Below are positions 1 through 9,429 of a stretch of DNA of 64,000 nucleotides, piece after piece; position 1 is the stretch's first letter; each line of letters starts with the position of its first letter. Source of the DNA: a virus; the IMG/VR virus record IMGVR_UViG_3300030419_005456, positions 32,001-96,000 of that record; one strand, written 5' to 3'. Under the pieces are notes generated by a model. That model saw nothing but the letters and a program-made list of their open reading frames with translations, was not told the DNA's origin and did no database searches. Both the position numbers and the translations under genes were made by a program.

Positions 1-3000
1 AATGTTCCTAAAGGTTTTGGGGCTACGGGTAAAGGGGAATACGTTGACACCAACCATGGAAGTTGTTCGGTAGCTTATTACTGGGAAAATAGCTTAGGTT
101 TAGACCCTCATAACGCAAGGTCTTATCATAACCCCGGAGATTGGGCTTTAAGAAAATTAAACCTTCAACCGCAACCATTCAAAGCTACAGAGTGGAGGCA
201 AAACAAAAAGAAGACTCTCAAACAAGCTGAAGCAGATAGAGCAGCATTTGAGCAATGCATATCTGTAAGATGGCCAACTTGGTGTCAAAAGACCGGCCTA
301 CCATTCTGGTTTGAAAATGATTTTCTGTGGGACAAATTCACATACAAATACGGTCGTTACGGAAGTAAAACGGCTATTAGTGATCAAGCATGCGCCCCAA
401 TAAGCCAGTCTATATATGATATTTTGCAAGTTTCATATGACGACAAGAATTATGGCACCGAAGATAACCCTGAATATAAAGGGAAGTGTGTTTATTCTTT
501 TGAAAATGTACAAAAAAGGGTGATAACTTTAGACTCATTTTCTGTGTATGAAATTTTTGACGACAAAGGGGGTTTAGCTTCACAAGGAGCCAAATTTGAA
601 TCGGATGGTAGCGGTGGAGTGAAGGATCACGGGCATAGTGGAAAAGAGGCCACCGGTCGTATAATAGACGGTTCAAAAGTGGGTTTTCAGGAATGCATGG
701 TTGATGAGTACGAATATTGTACAGACGATAATTATATAAGTTTTGAAGGCTGCATGAATGGTGGTGGATACTGGCAATCAACAATGGGAACATGGGAATA
801 CCCAGAGTTAGAAGGGCCGGGAGATTCTGGGCATACACAATGCGGCGGTTGCGGTTCTGGGCCAAGAATTGCTTTTTTTGTTGATGATCCACCTGCGGGA
901 TTAAGCGCACAAGAAAAATTAGACTGGGAAAGAAAATATAGAGACGGGCAAAACATGAAACAGCCCGGAACAAATCCAGATGACTACTACTTTATTAACC
1001 TACCATCGCAAATTACTAGCAAGATGGCTGAGTTATATACAGACAGAAAAGATATAGATGGATATGATAAAGATGAAACTGATAGCTTAGACTATTGGGG
1101 AAAAACAGGTTTATGGCCAGATCACGCTACGGCTAGTTATGTTGCCCATACAATGCTTGGTCTTAATACTACTAGAAAAATTGAGTATGCTAGTAATACA
1201 ACCCCTATTGTTGTAAAAAGTATTAACCATGGCTTAAAGCTTGGTGACCATGTGGGAATTGATGGAATTCTTGGTAATTTCAGAGCAAACACATGGACTC
1301 TTGGCCAATGGATGGAACAAGCTTGGCACAATAAAAGATCAAGTCCATGTGGAGGAGAGACTGATTGTGACGCACCTATTTGGCCAGATGCCGTATGTCC
1401 GTGTAATGATGGAAGTTGTAGCCACCCAAAAGGGGCTGATAGTAAAGAGGCATGTGAAAGCATACGAAATACGTGGGATGATTTTTGTAAACTTGACGGG
1501 GTCGATATATCGGGCAGCGCTTTTGGTGATCTAGTAGAGAGCAACGACTGGTCTGAAGAAGACGCAAAAGAATATTGCTATTCATCTGGTAAATGTTATA
1601 AGACACATCCAGACGGTACAAGAATAGAGGAAATTTCAGGTGCCGTCGTAGAAAGCGAAGGTTATTTAAGTCAGCATACGTGCTTTGCTTATGGAAACAG
1701 GCAAGGGGGAGATGGTTTTAAATATGAATTTGATCACCATAATAAATTATGCCTTGTGGAAGGTGAGTTAAAATATGCTGAAGACAAGAACTATTGCGAG
1801 AACGCCTACGACCACAGTTTGGGCGGGGTTTGGCAAGGCAGCACTGATAAGTATCCCCCGGAGGCTAAGGCTAAATCGTCATCCGAATGTAGTGATACAA
1901 ACCATAAGAATAAAGATGACTGCCTTAAAGCAAGACCTAAATGGACACAAGGAAAAAGTTTTGGAAAAGATAATGAGCATTGCTCTGGCGTAACAATAAA
2001 AGGTAAAGCTCCACCTCCAGCAGATTTCTTTGTCGTAAAGCCAGTTGATGATGACCACTTCCAACTTTGGAATTGTGCTGGCGAACCAATAGAGGGAACC
2101 ATAGATGAAGGGGTTGTTTGTGAGGGTGATGAGGCTTTAGATGTTACAGAAAAAGCCTGTGGTAATACCATAGCTCCATGGAATCAGGGTGTGATTGGCC
2201 AAACCGGGGGTCAAGAAATTGAAATGGTTAAGCAAACCATATGGGGAATAGAAAAAGAATGGCCGATGTTGAAACTAAGTAACAGCATCCCCCTTAACGA
2301 AGACAATTGTACCGAATATGGATATTGTTGGATTGTTGGTATAGGGTATGAGGCTGAGTCAATAATGACTCAAACTGACTGTTTCAATCTTGCTCGGGTC
2401 TATGAAAAGATAGAAATGACCGAAGCCTCAAAGAAGGCTGGAAAATTCCAACACACTCTATTATTAGCCCCGCTAGACAAAAATCCTGACAATGTAAATC
2501 CTTGTGTCAATGGCACCGATCCATCAGAGTGTTGGCAACCTTTGGAGTGGACAAGAAAAAAATCAATAGAAGAAGCTGCTGGTGAAAGAACAAGCGCAGC
2601 CATTACCAACTGGCAAGTTTGTCCACATACGGGTGTTTGGACCATATGGGATATGAATACAACAAACCCCTTGGTTAGCGATCCCGCAGACCCCAGCATA
2701 AGTTGGAGACCTTTCTGGACAGAGTCTGCCTACAAATCAGAAAAGGGCGCAGAAGACAATTACGTATATATACACCAAGAAGAAGTTTGCCCAGTATGCT
2801 GTGATCACTTTATGCCAGAAAAATTACTGGCTACTGTTGATGGTCTTGCCGTAACCGGAAGTACTGGATTGGTAGAGGGAACAGATCACTTCAACTACAT
2901 GACATCGGGTACTCATAATGTAAAGGTTCCAGACACAGATAATGACTATTGTGCTGAAATAAAAGACGGGAAAAGAACCAAAACCGACAAAGAATATGTT

Positions 3001-6000
3001 GATTGTAAAGTCGATGAAAACACACCAGAAGGTGTTACTTATGAATGGATTGTCCCCCTTAAAGCCACAACAGTAAATTGTGGGATTAATGCCTGCACAG
3101 GTAAGTTCTATGATTTTGTTGAAACTCAAACTATAGACTTAAGAACAAATGCTAAGGGTAGAGTAGGTGGAAAGTATTGCTGTGATTGTGGTGGATATTA
3201 TGAAAATGGTGTTTGGTATACTACAGAATGTGTAAAATGTTCTGACGCTCTTAGATTTGATGATCCGGTTGTAGATCATGAATTTGGAGATTCCCAATTA
3301 GGTATTGCTCCAGACCCCTGCTGTAGTTGTGAGTGTAATCCCGGCGAAGGAAATACACATAAAACTTCTTTAATGGATTATAAATATCCTACGTACAAAC
3401 AAGTTTGTGATTCACCATTGATGCCACAAGAAGCCGGAAAAACTCTTACTGTCGGGGAGCTTACTTGTAAAACAGTTACGGTAGAAGAAGAATGCGTAGC
3501 AACTGTTGCCTCTTGTTTAGATCTAGACAGCGAAGAAAAGTGTAACGCTGCTGACGTTGGGGATGGTGGTTGTTATTGGGCTAGCGATACAACACCGTCA
3601 GGAGATGAGTTCTTTTACTGTAAAGATCGTGCAGACAGCGTACCGTTTAGTTCAGATTCAGTTTGTGCAGAAAGATATGAAGAAAAAGACGCATGTAATG
3701 CCAGCCCCGTATGCGTTTGGCAGGATGAAAAAACAGCTTGTAGCTGTGGAACAGACGGTACTGGTAGAAAGGGTTGTACGGGTTTTCCAAATAATAGACC
3801 ACTTACATGCGAACCTTCTCAATTGGGTACTAATAGAGGCGCTTGTGAATATGATTTCAACGGTGCAAAAATCATTGCCGGAGGAAGCACCGTTGATAAA
3901 GATGGCTATTATGTTAATGACGAAGCTAACAGTGCGGAGGGTTGTGGTGAACCTAATGTATATGCAATGCCAACAGCAGAATGTTGGTCATACAAATATA
4001 AAACGGGAGACGGATGTCGTGGTCTGGGAACCAAAACGGTAGAAATGGAATACAACGGTTCTCATTGGACAACGCCTTGGTTCCCAATGATGGCCGACAC
4101 TCCAAAAACCAGAACGCTTAATGATGGACAATCATACCCAGAATTTGTAGGCGGTATGTCTTGTCAGAATTTTGCCATTCATGCAAATTGTGAAGCGGGA
4201 TACGGCGGTAGAAACGCTGACAAGACCTACAAACAAATTTTGGTTAGTTCTATGGGAGATTCTCAAGCTGACATGAATTGCGGGGGATGTTCAACGCACG
4301 AATGGAACGGCGTAGGAACACCACCAATACCAAGCCCAAAGATGGACGCCTACTTAATGCGTGTTCGTATGGGTTGTGGTGGAGCGTATCAACAGTATCA
4401 CGGAATGGATACATTGAAGAGTGGAGATTATTATCAAAATAATCAATTGAGTCTTTGGTCTGAAATCACTAAATGTACCTATCACATGTGTAATAAATTC
4501 AATGTGATGGATTCATATAGACCACCATGTCCGGGGCAAGGAGATGGGTGTGTTAATACAAGCAATTGGGCAGAACAGGGTTGGTGTAAATTTGGAGATA
4601 CCGATGGATTTTGTGATTGTCCTGTATTAGATGCGACAGGCTTGGCACCAGACTTTAAAGCTGTAAAGACCATTACCGACGACAAAGTATGTCTTTCTAG
4701 CTATCATCCAGATTTGGAAGATACGACAGACTGTGGCGGTCTTGAAGACTGTCATTGCGTTTGGGCGCACCCCGACTCAAAGTTCGGGTGTGAAAAAGAG
4801 GGGGGCGAATGGATTCGATCAGAAGAACCCATTCCTTATTATGACGATTGCGTTAACTGGAACGGATGGGTTGCTGTTCCGGGCGTAGATTGTGACTCTC
4901 AGTTACCATGTACCGAATGTTGTTCATTCTACCCGCCAACTCCGCAAATGGTGTTCAATACAACTAAACCATATGATGAACATGGAGCGCCCAAGCAGTA
5001 TATTAGTTGCGCCAGTGCTAGTATGATTAGTTCCTTGGAAGCCACTCCGTATGGAATTGAGGGGATGCCATTTCCCAGATGGAAACATCACAAACATGCA
5101 GACAGAGTAACAAAAATGGAAACCACAGGATGGAATCCTAAAACTCCAGAAAACTTTACTGTATACTTTGTAGAAGATTATGCTAGTGATTATGTTGCAA
5201 ACGCAGGTCATTCATTAGTTGTTAACAAAGGTAGTCGTGAGGCTTGTAATTGGCATGCTGGAGATCCTGTTAGCATAGGAATGGCTGATAGGGTTGAGGC
5301 AGAAACCGGACAGGGTTTCGGATTTACTAGAGATAGATTAAGCGCACAACCAGATTGGCCAAATCATACCACCGAACTTGCTAGTGATATAGCAGATGGT
5401 AAAGCGCGGTGGGAAAATAGCATGTTCAGGGATTCCGCAGAAGAAGCATACATGGAAATTCATGTAAAAAATGCGGGAGCATTAATAAGCAGGGCGAGCA
5501 TAGAGCAATCGCGTTACTGGAGAGCGCAAGAAAGATACCTCGCCTCTGAACCTTGGCCGTATGGTGACAGAATCTGGCCGGTTGGACATCAAAATAATAG
5601 CAAGTCTCCTTCTGCAACGGTAAATGTGGGAGAACTTGAATCTGTAGGTGGAAACGCTTTATCGGCAGCAAATGCGGCAAGAAATGGAAGAATAGGTCAT
5701 TTACCCACACTTGATAATATTACCGATCCTAAAAAAGCGGTATTTATTGGTGAATGGCCAAAACATGAAGTTGAGTACAAAGGAAACGACGAGGGAGAAG
5801 ACGATACAACAAATCCAATTCCTGTTAATAATAATGATTTTAATAACTCTATTGCTATAGCAGAAGTAGAGAATGTATACGATTGGGATACAGCCTATTG
5901 TACAAATCCTGTTGCTAAAAATAAAGACGATTGTGAGGCGTTAGGCAAGTGTCTAGGCGTAGCAGACGAAGAAACAGGTATAAGACCTGTTATAGAAGAT

Positions 6001-7653
6001 ATTACCAATGAGATAGTTTGTAATGCAGAAAAAGACGTTGACTCAGAAGGAAAACTTGTAGATGCTGGATATAAATGGAAAAAGACAGGTTGGTGGATGC
6101 CTACCTTTAAATATACGTTGTTTACTATGGGTGCAAGACACACCGATGGTCACATAGTAAAAAGTGAACACGATCTTAGAGCCGGAGAAAAGATTATCAT
6201 AAATGGGTCTGAGTGTCACAAATCCTACTGTGCTGCACACCCACAAGCAAACGAAAAATGGGAATTGCCAGATCATATATCTGGCGGAGATAGTGAAATG
6301 ATCGAGGGGATGGAGGATGAGCAAGTTAAACATCATCCAACATTAGACAAAACACTTTGTGAAAAAGTATATGGAGGTGTTTGGACTAGCCCCAAAAGCA
6401 GTGAGAGCGTACAACAAGGATGCTCTCCCTTATGTAGACTAGACTTATGGTGGGATAAAAATGCTTGTGGTGACAACTGCATGGATTCTATAGTTACTGA
6501 GCCATATTGTAGTTGGAAAGAAAACGGTGACAAAGCACGACTAAAAGTTAAAAACAATACTAGCTACTGTATGCTGTTAGGCAAGAGGGTAGATTTAAAT
6601 GAGGCTGATTGTAAGGCTGTAAAAGCTTATGAATGTAAGGTTACTTCTGGCCCCAACGCGGGAAAATATTTAGATACTGGTAATTGTGAAGAGCCTTTAG
6701 GTACGAATAACGAGAATACAACAGACGATCAATGTCCGTGTTGTCCAGACCCCACACAGACGCTAGCTGGGGATATGAAGGCATATCCAGAATGTAAAGA
6801 AAAATGGACTATAAGCACAGGCGAGTGGGTAACCTCACATAGTTATGATCCTGACTTTTCATCGGAAACAGACTGCAAAGACAAAAATAAGTGTGCTTGT
6901 ATTTATACTGGAGCGTCTGGACGAGCAGGTGAAGAGTTTGGTGTGGCAGTAGACGGCGTAACAACAAAGGATGCCTGCGAAGCGTTACGACCTAACACTA
7001 AATGGGTGTGCGGAGGGACAGATACCAAATGGAATCCCGCAACACAAATATTACCAGAGTGTGTCATAGACGGTTCTCATGTGGTAGGATTAATTGATGA
7101 AGATGGAAACGTGATTAGAGACCCTCACAAATTAGGGGGCTTTGGAAATACTCAGATCCGCAAAGACGTATTTACCATCCTTAATGAGAATCCTGTAGTT
7201 CCACACTCACTTCGTCCAGAAAGTCCTAACAATTACAATGATATAATTAATAAAAACGTAGTGACTTCCTTGGGTCATGAAATAATGGGGGGCGCTCCGA
7301 AGAACTTATACAAAGGTAGTACGTACGTAGCCGGAGAGGTAAATGATGAAGGAGAAACAGGACCATATGCTGGTGGTTCATGGAGTCGTCACGGAGGGTC
7401 GTTTAACATTAGGGTAGGATCAAAACCACAGCTAGATGACTGCGCTCAAGGCAATTCAAACACACCAGTCCACTTAACTTACTTTTTAAACATGTCAAAT
7501 TCAATGTGTAATCACTACTTGCCACCAATTGATGACAAATGTAACGAACAATGTTGGCGAGGATATGGACCATATACAGAGCCTAATATGACTTTTGAAG
7601 AAAGAGGAAGAGCTTTAATTAGGGTGGATATAACAGAAAAAGGATCTTACTAG
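1..7653 (+). CDS. Giant cysteine-rich protein, probable virion fibre/adhesin; 5' end lies outside the window (at least 2550 aa)
   Basis: Frame 1 has no stop from base 1 (NVPKGFGATG...) through the track's TTG at 424 to TAG at 7651-7653. Many degenerate Cys/Trp units (KDDCEALGKC, KDACEALRPNTKW, KTLCEKVYGGVW) and two HGL/HDL-x-x-G[DE]-type beta motifs of the kind seen in phage tail proteins. Confidence 0.75.
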   Translation, partial: NVPKGFGATGKGEYVDTNHGSCSVAYYWENSLGLDPHNARSYHNPGDWALRKLNLQPQPFKATEWRQNKKKTLKQAEADRAAFEQCISVRWPTWCQKTGLPFWFENDFLWDKFTYKYGRYGSKTAISDQACAPISQSIYDILQVSYDDKNYGTEDNPEYKGKCVYSFENVQKRVITLDSFSVYEIFDDKGGLASQGAKFESDGSGGVKDHGHSGKEATGRIIDGSKVGFQECMVDEYEYCTDDNYISFEGCMNGGGYWQSTMGTWEYPELEGPGDSGHTQCGGCGSGPRIAFFVDDPPAGLSAQEKLDWERKYRDGQNMKQPGTNPDDYYFINLPSQITSKMAELYTDRKDIDGYDKDETDSLDYWGKTGLWPDHATASYVAHTMLGLNTTRKIEYASNTTPIVVKSINHGLKLGDHVGIDGILGNFRANTWTLGQWMEQAWHNKRSSPCGGETDCDAPIWPDAVCPCNDGSCSHPKGADSKEACESIRNTWDDFCKLDGVDISGSAFGDLVESNDWSEEDAKEYCYSSGKCYKTHPDGTRIEEISGAVVESEGYLSQHTCFAYGNRQGGDGFKYEFDHHNKLCLVEGELKYAEDKNYCENAYDHSLGGVWQGSTDKYPPEAKAKSSSECSDTNHKNKDDCLKARPKWTQGKSFGKDNEHCSGVTIKGKAPPPADFFVVKPVDDDHFQLWNCAGEPIEGTIDEGVVCEGDEALDVTEKACGNTIAPWNQGVIGQTGGQEIEMVKQTIWGIEKEWPMLKLSNSIPLNEDNCTEYGYCWIVGIGYEAESIMTQTDCFNLARVYEKIEMTEASKKAGKFQHTLLLAPLDKNPDNVNPCVNGTDPSECWQPLEWTRKKSIEEAAGERTSAAITNWQVCPHTGVWTIWDMNTTNPLVSDPADPSISWRPFWTESAYKSEKGAEDNYVYIHQEEVCPVCCDHFMPEKLLATVDGLAVTGSTGLVEGTDHFNYMTSGTHNVKVPDTDNDYCAEIKDGKRTKTDKEYVDCKVDENTPEGVTYEWIVPLKATTVNCGINACTGKFYDFVETQTIDLRTNAKGRVGGKYCCDCGGYYENGVWYTTECVKCSDALRFDDPVVDHEFGDSQLGIAPDPCCSCECNPGEGNTHKTSLMDYKYPTYKQVCDSPLMPQEAGKTLTVGELTCKTVTVEEECVATVASCLDLDSEEKCNAADVGDGGCYWASDTTPSGDEFFYCKDRADSVPFSSDSVCAERYEEKDACNASPVCVWQDEKTACSCGTDGTGRKGCTGFPNNRPLTCEPSQLGTNRGACEYDFNGAKIIAGGSTVDKDGYYVNDEANSAEGCGEPNVYAMPTAECWSYKYKTGDGCRGLGTKTVEMEYNGSHWTTPWFPMMADTPKTRTLNDGQSYPEFVGGMSCQNFAIHANCEAGYGGRNADKTYKQILVSSMGDSQADMNCGGCSTHEWNGVGTPPIPSPKMDAYLMRVRMGCGGAYQQYHGMDTLKSGDYYQNNQLSLWSEITKCTYHMCNKFNVMDSYRPPCPGQGDGCVNTSNWAEQGWCKFGDTDGFCDCPVLDATGLAPDFKAVKTITDDKVCLSSYHPDLEDTTDCGGLEDCHCVWAHPDSKFGCEKEGGEWIRSEEPIPYYDDCVNWNGWVAVPGVDCDSQLPCTECCSFYPPTPQMVFNTTKPYDEHGAPKQYISCASASMISSLEATPYGIEGMPFPRWKHHKHADRVTKMETTGWNPKTPENFTVYFVEDYASDYVANAGHSLVVNKGSREACNWHAGDPVSIGMADRVEAETGQGFGFTRDRLSAQPDWPNHTTELASDIADGKARWENSMFRDSAEEAYMEIHVKNAGALISRASIEQSRYWRAQERYLASEPWPYGDRIWPVGHQNNSKSPSATVNVGELESVGGNALSAANAARNGRIGHLPTLDNITDPKKAVFIGEWPKHEVEYKGNDEGEDDTTNPIPVNNNDFNNSIAIAEVENVYDWDTAYCTNPVAKNKDDCEALGKCLGVADEETGIRPVIEDITNEIVCNAEKDVDSEGKLVDAGYKWKKTGWWMPTFKYTLFTMGARHTDGHIVKSEHDLRAGEKIIINGSECHKSYCAAHPQANEKWELPDHISGGDSEMIEGMEDEQVKHHPTLDKTLCEKVYGGVWTSPKSSESVQQGCSPLCRLDLWWDKNACGDNCMDSIVTEPYCSWKENGDKARLKVKNNTSYCMLLGKRVDLNEADCKAVKAYECKVTSGPNAGKYLDTGNCEEPLGTNNENTTDDQCPCCPDPTQTLAGDMKAYPECKEKWTISTGEWVTSHSYDPDFSSETDCKDKNKCACIYTGASGRAGEEFGVAVDGVTTKDACEALRPNTKWVCGGTDTKWNPATQILPECVIDGSHVVGLIDEDGNVIRDPHKLGGFGNTQIRKDVFTILNENPVVPHSLRPESPNNYNDIINKNVVTSLGHEIMGGAPKNLYKGSTYVAGEVNDEGETGPYAGGSWSRHGGSFNIRVGSKPQLDDCAQGNSNTPVHLTYFLNMSNSMCNHYLPPIDDKCNEQCWRGYGPYTEPNMTFEERGRALIRVDITEKGSY

Positions 7654-7661
7654 GAGACAAC

Positions 7662-8195
7662 ATGGGTTGTGGAAAATGCGGCGAAAGTAGATATTATAAC
7701 TATCGCCCCAAAAAGAAGAGAAAAACCAAGGGGTTTTTTAGCGAAACAGGAACTATCGAAAAGAAGGAAAATAAAGGTCCACCCACTACACCCTGTGAAT
7801 GTAAATTTCAGGAGGGTCAAGAGTTATACTGCGATAGACATAAGTGTGTAAAAACAAAACAATTACATGAATTATGTCAGTATTCTCAGGGATACTTTGA
7901 TCTATGGGAGCAAGGAGAAGGCCCGTTGCAAGCTGTATTTCACAAAGAAGAAGAAAAACCAGCAGAAGAAGAGGTTTCTTTAAGCGACTTTTTTATGGGA
8001 GACTTAGATATACCAGCTAAGTCAAGAGGTTTAGGTGATACGGTTGCAAAAATAACAAAAATAACTGGTATAAAAAAACTAGTGTATATAATCAACGATA
8101 TGTTGGGAAGAGAATGCGCATGCACTGAAAGGCAGAGTTTTCTCAACAGATTGTTTCCATACGAAAAGCCCAAGAAAACTAAAGGGTTTTTTTGA
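7662..8195 (+). CDS. Conserved phage hypothetical protein with Cys motifs and a GLGDTVAKIT...CAC..RQ..LN motif
   Basis: AGGAGA RBS before ATG; GLGD-x-V...C-x-C-x-x-R-x-x-x-LN motif, which I recognise from phage genes near tail genes. Confidence 0.6.
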   Translation: MGCGKCGESRYYNYRPKKKRKTKGFFSETGTIEKKENKGPPTTPCECKFQEGQELYCDRHKCVKTKQLHELCQYSQGYFDLWEQGEGPLQAVFHKEEEKPAEEEVSLSDFFMGDLDIPAKSRGLGDTVAKITKITGIKKLVYIINDMLGRECACTERQSFLNRLFPYEKPKKTKGFF

Positions 8196-8199
8196 TAAT

Positions 8200-8210
8200 G
8201 GTGTATAATA
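8200..8210 (+). promoter_or_regulatory. Putative phage promoter GGTGTATAATA
   Basis: Intergenic, contains TATAAT, about 30 nt upstream of an AAGGAG-preceded ATG; identical 11-mer at 56849-56859 on the minus strand. Confidence 0.55.
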
Positions 8211-8240
8211 ATGTAGGTTAACCCGCAAGGAGATAGCAAT

Positions 8241-8951
8241 ATGGCTTCTATAAGTTTCTACGCTGGAAATACCGTCGTAAACCATCTATCTGGTTCAGGT
8301 CTTGGTTTTTTTGGCGGTTCATTTGGCCAGTCGGTGGAATTAAATCAATGGCAAAGTACCACTTATATTACTGACGGCAATGGAACCGTACAGGGTGGTG
8401 CAGCTAATAATGTAAAATATTCTACTGATAGTTTGGCATTTGCAGATGGTATTGTGCCAGCCACCGGCTTAAAATTCATACCAAACTCTAAAGCTACCTG
8501 TAATGTTCGTTTTACCAACAGCACCGCAGTAAAAACACAAAATGTCAAATTGAGAATTTTTGACAGAACAAATAAAGATCACCCAGCCAGTGGTGTTGTC
8601 ACGAGAGTAACAGAGCTTCTTCACCCATCCTCTTCGTACAGCGTAGAAGGATCTGGAGACTCGTTATGGTGGGGTAGTTCAACACATACTGGAACTGACG
8701 CTCAAGGCACTCTACAGGGATCTCCTAATCCAAGTAGCAGATTACCTGCTGGTACTAATACGGTTGGCGGTAGTGGTATTTATGTACCTCTCGCTAAATC
8801 TCCCGGCCCTAGTGGTATCTTTGCAGGAAACGGCGCTAACAATACAGGTCAATATACGCAGCATGACTGGTATTTGGGAATTAGCGCTTCTCCAGATAGC
8901 GTAGGAAGCAAAACCCTGTACGGTTTATATGTAGAACTAGAATATCTATAA
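8241..8951 (+). CDS. Gly/Ser/Thr-rich putative virion structural protein
   Basis: Strong RBS AAGGAG; beta-rich, low-charge composition; followed by a terminator. Confidence 0.55.
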   Translation: MASISFYAGNTVVNHLSGSGLGFFGGSFGQSVELNQWQSTTYITDGNGTVQGGAANNVKYSTDSLAFADGIVPATGLKFIPNSKATCNVRFTNSTAVKTQNVKLRIFDRTNKDHPASGVVTRVTELLHPSSSYSVEGSGDSLWWGSSTHTGTDAQGTLQGSPNPSSRLPAGTNTVGGSGIYVPLAKSPGPSGIFAGNGANNTGQYTQHDWYLGISASPDSVGSKTLYGLYVELEYL

Positions 8952-8972
8952 TCATTACCTTGTTGGTTCTAC

Positions 8973-9012
8973 AAAAAAACCCCCGGCCATCCTTGGTCGG
9001 GGGTTCTTTTTT
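8973..9012. terminator. Bidirectional intrinsic terminator
   Basis: Stem AACCCCCGGCCA / TGGTCGGGGGTT with TCCT loop, A-run on the left and T-run on the right, between convergent genes. Confidence 0.85.
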
Positions 9013-9090
9013 GGTAGCAGGCAAGCATGCACGCCTCCGCTTGCTACCGTATAGGGTTTTACCGTGGAAAGCTTAACCCTATTTGATTGA

Positions 9091-9426
9091 CTACTCCTCC
9101 TGCTTCGTTTCAGGATTCCACTTAACCCATCCTCGGTTTGGCAGCCAACCGCCTTCCTTGTCTTTTCGTTTTGGAAACAATCTTCCGCCCTGTTTGGTTT
9201 TACCAAAGGACAAACGAGACCCACAATCTTTACATCTGATTTCGTAATAAAGGTTGTCGTCTACATTTCTAGAAACAAATCGCAGGTCTTCGCTTTCGCA
9301 TTTTCCGCAACAGGTTTCATCAAAGATTTCTTGAAAGGAAGAGATCTGCTCAAAAAGGTCAATTTGAGTTTCACCTTCCATTTCAGCAGTAATCTTTGAA
9401 TTGCTATTTGTATAAGTAATTTTCAC
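9091..9426 (-). CDS. Zn-ribbon hypothetical protein
   Basis: CGKC...CKDC pair; GGAGG RBS; last gene of the minus-strand operon. Confidence 0.6.
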   Translation of the reverse strand: MKITYTNSNSKITAEMEGETQIDLFEQISSFQEIFDETCCGKCESEDLRFVSRNVDDNLYYEIRCKDCGSRLSFGKTKQGGRLFPKRKDKEGGWLPNRGWVKWNPETKQEE

Positions 9427-9429
9427 TGT

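Noticed and set aside
410-6557. Many short antisense and out-of-frame ORFs inside the giant gene, and similar plus-strand ORFs opposite the minus-strand operons
   Set aside because: Shadow ORFs of long coding frames, with no RBS or motifs.
8955-9224. 89-aa minus-strand ORF in the track
   Set aside because: It overlaps the Zn-ribbon gene out of frame and runs through the hairpins and terminator; no recognisable motif.
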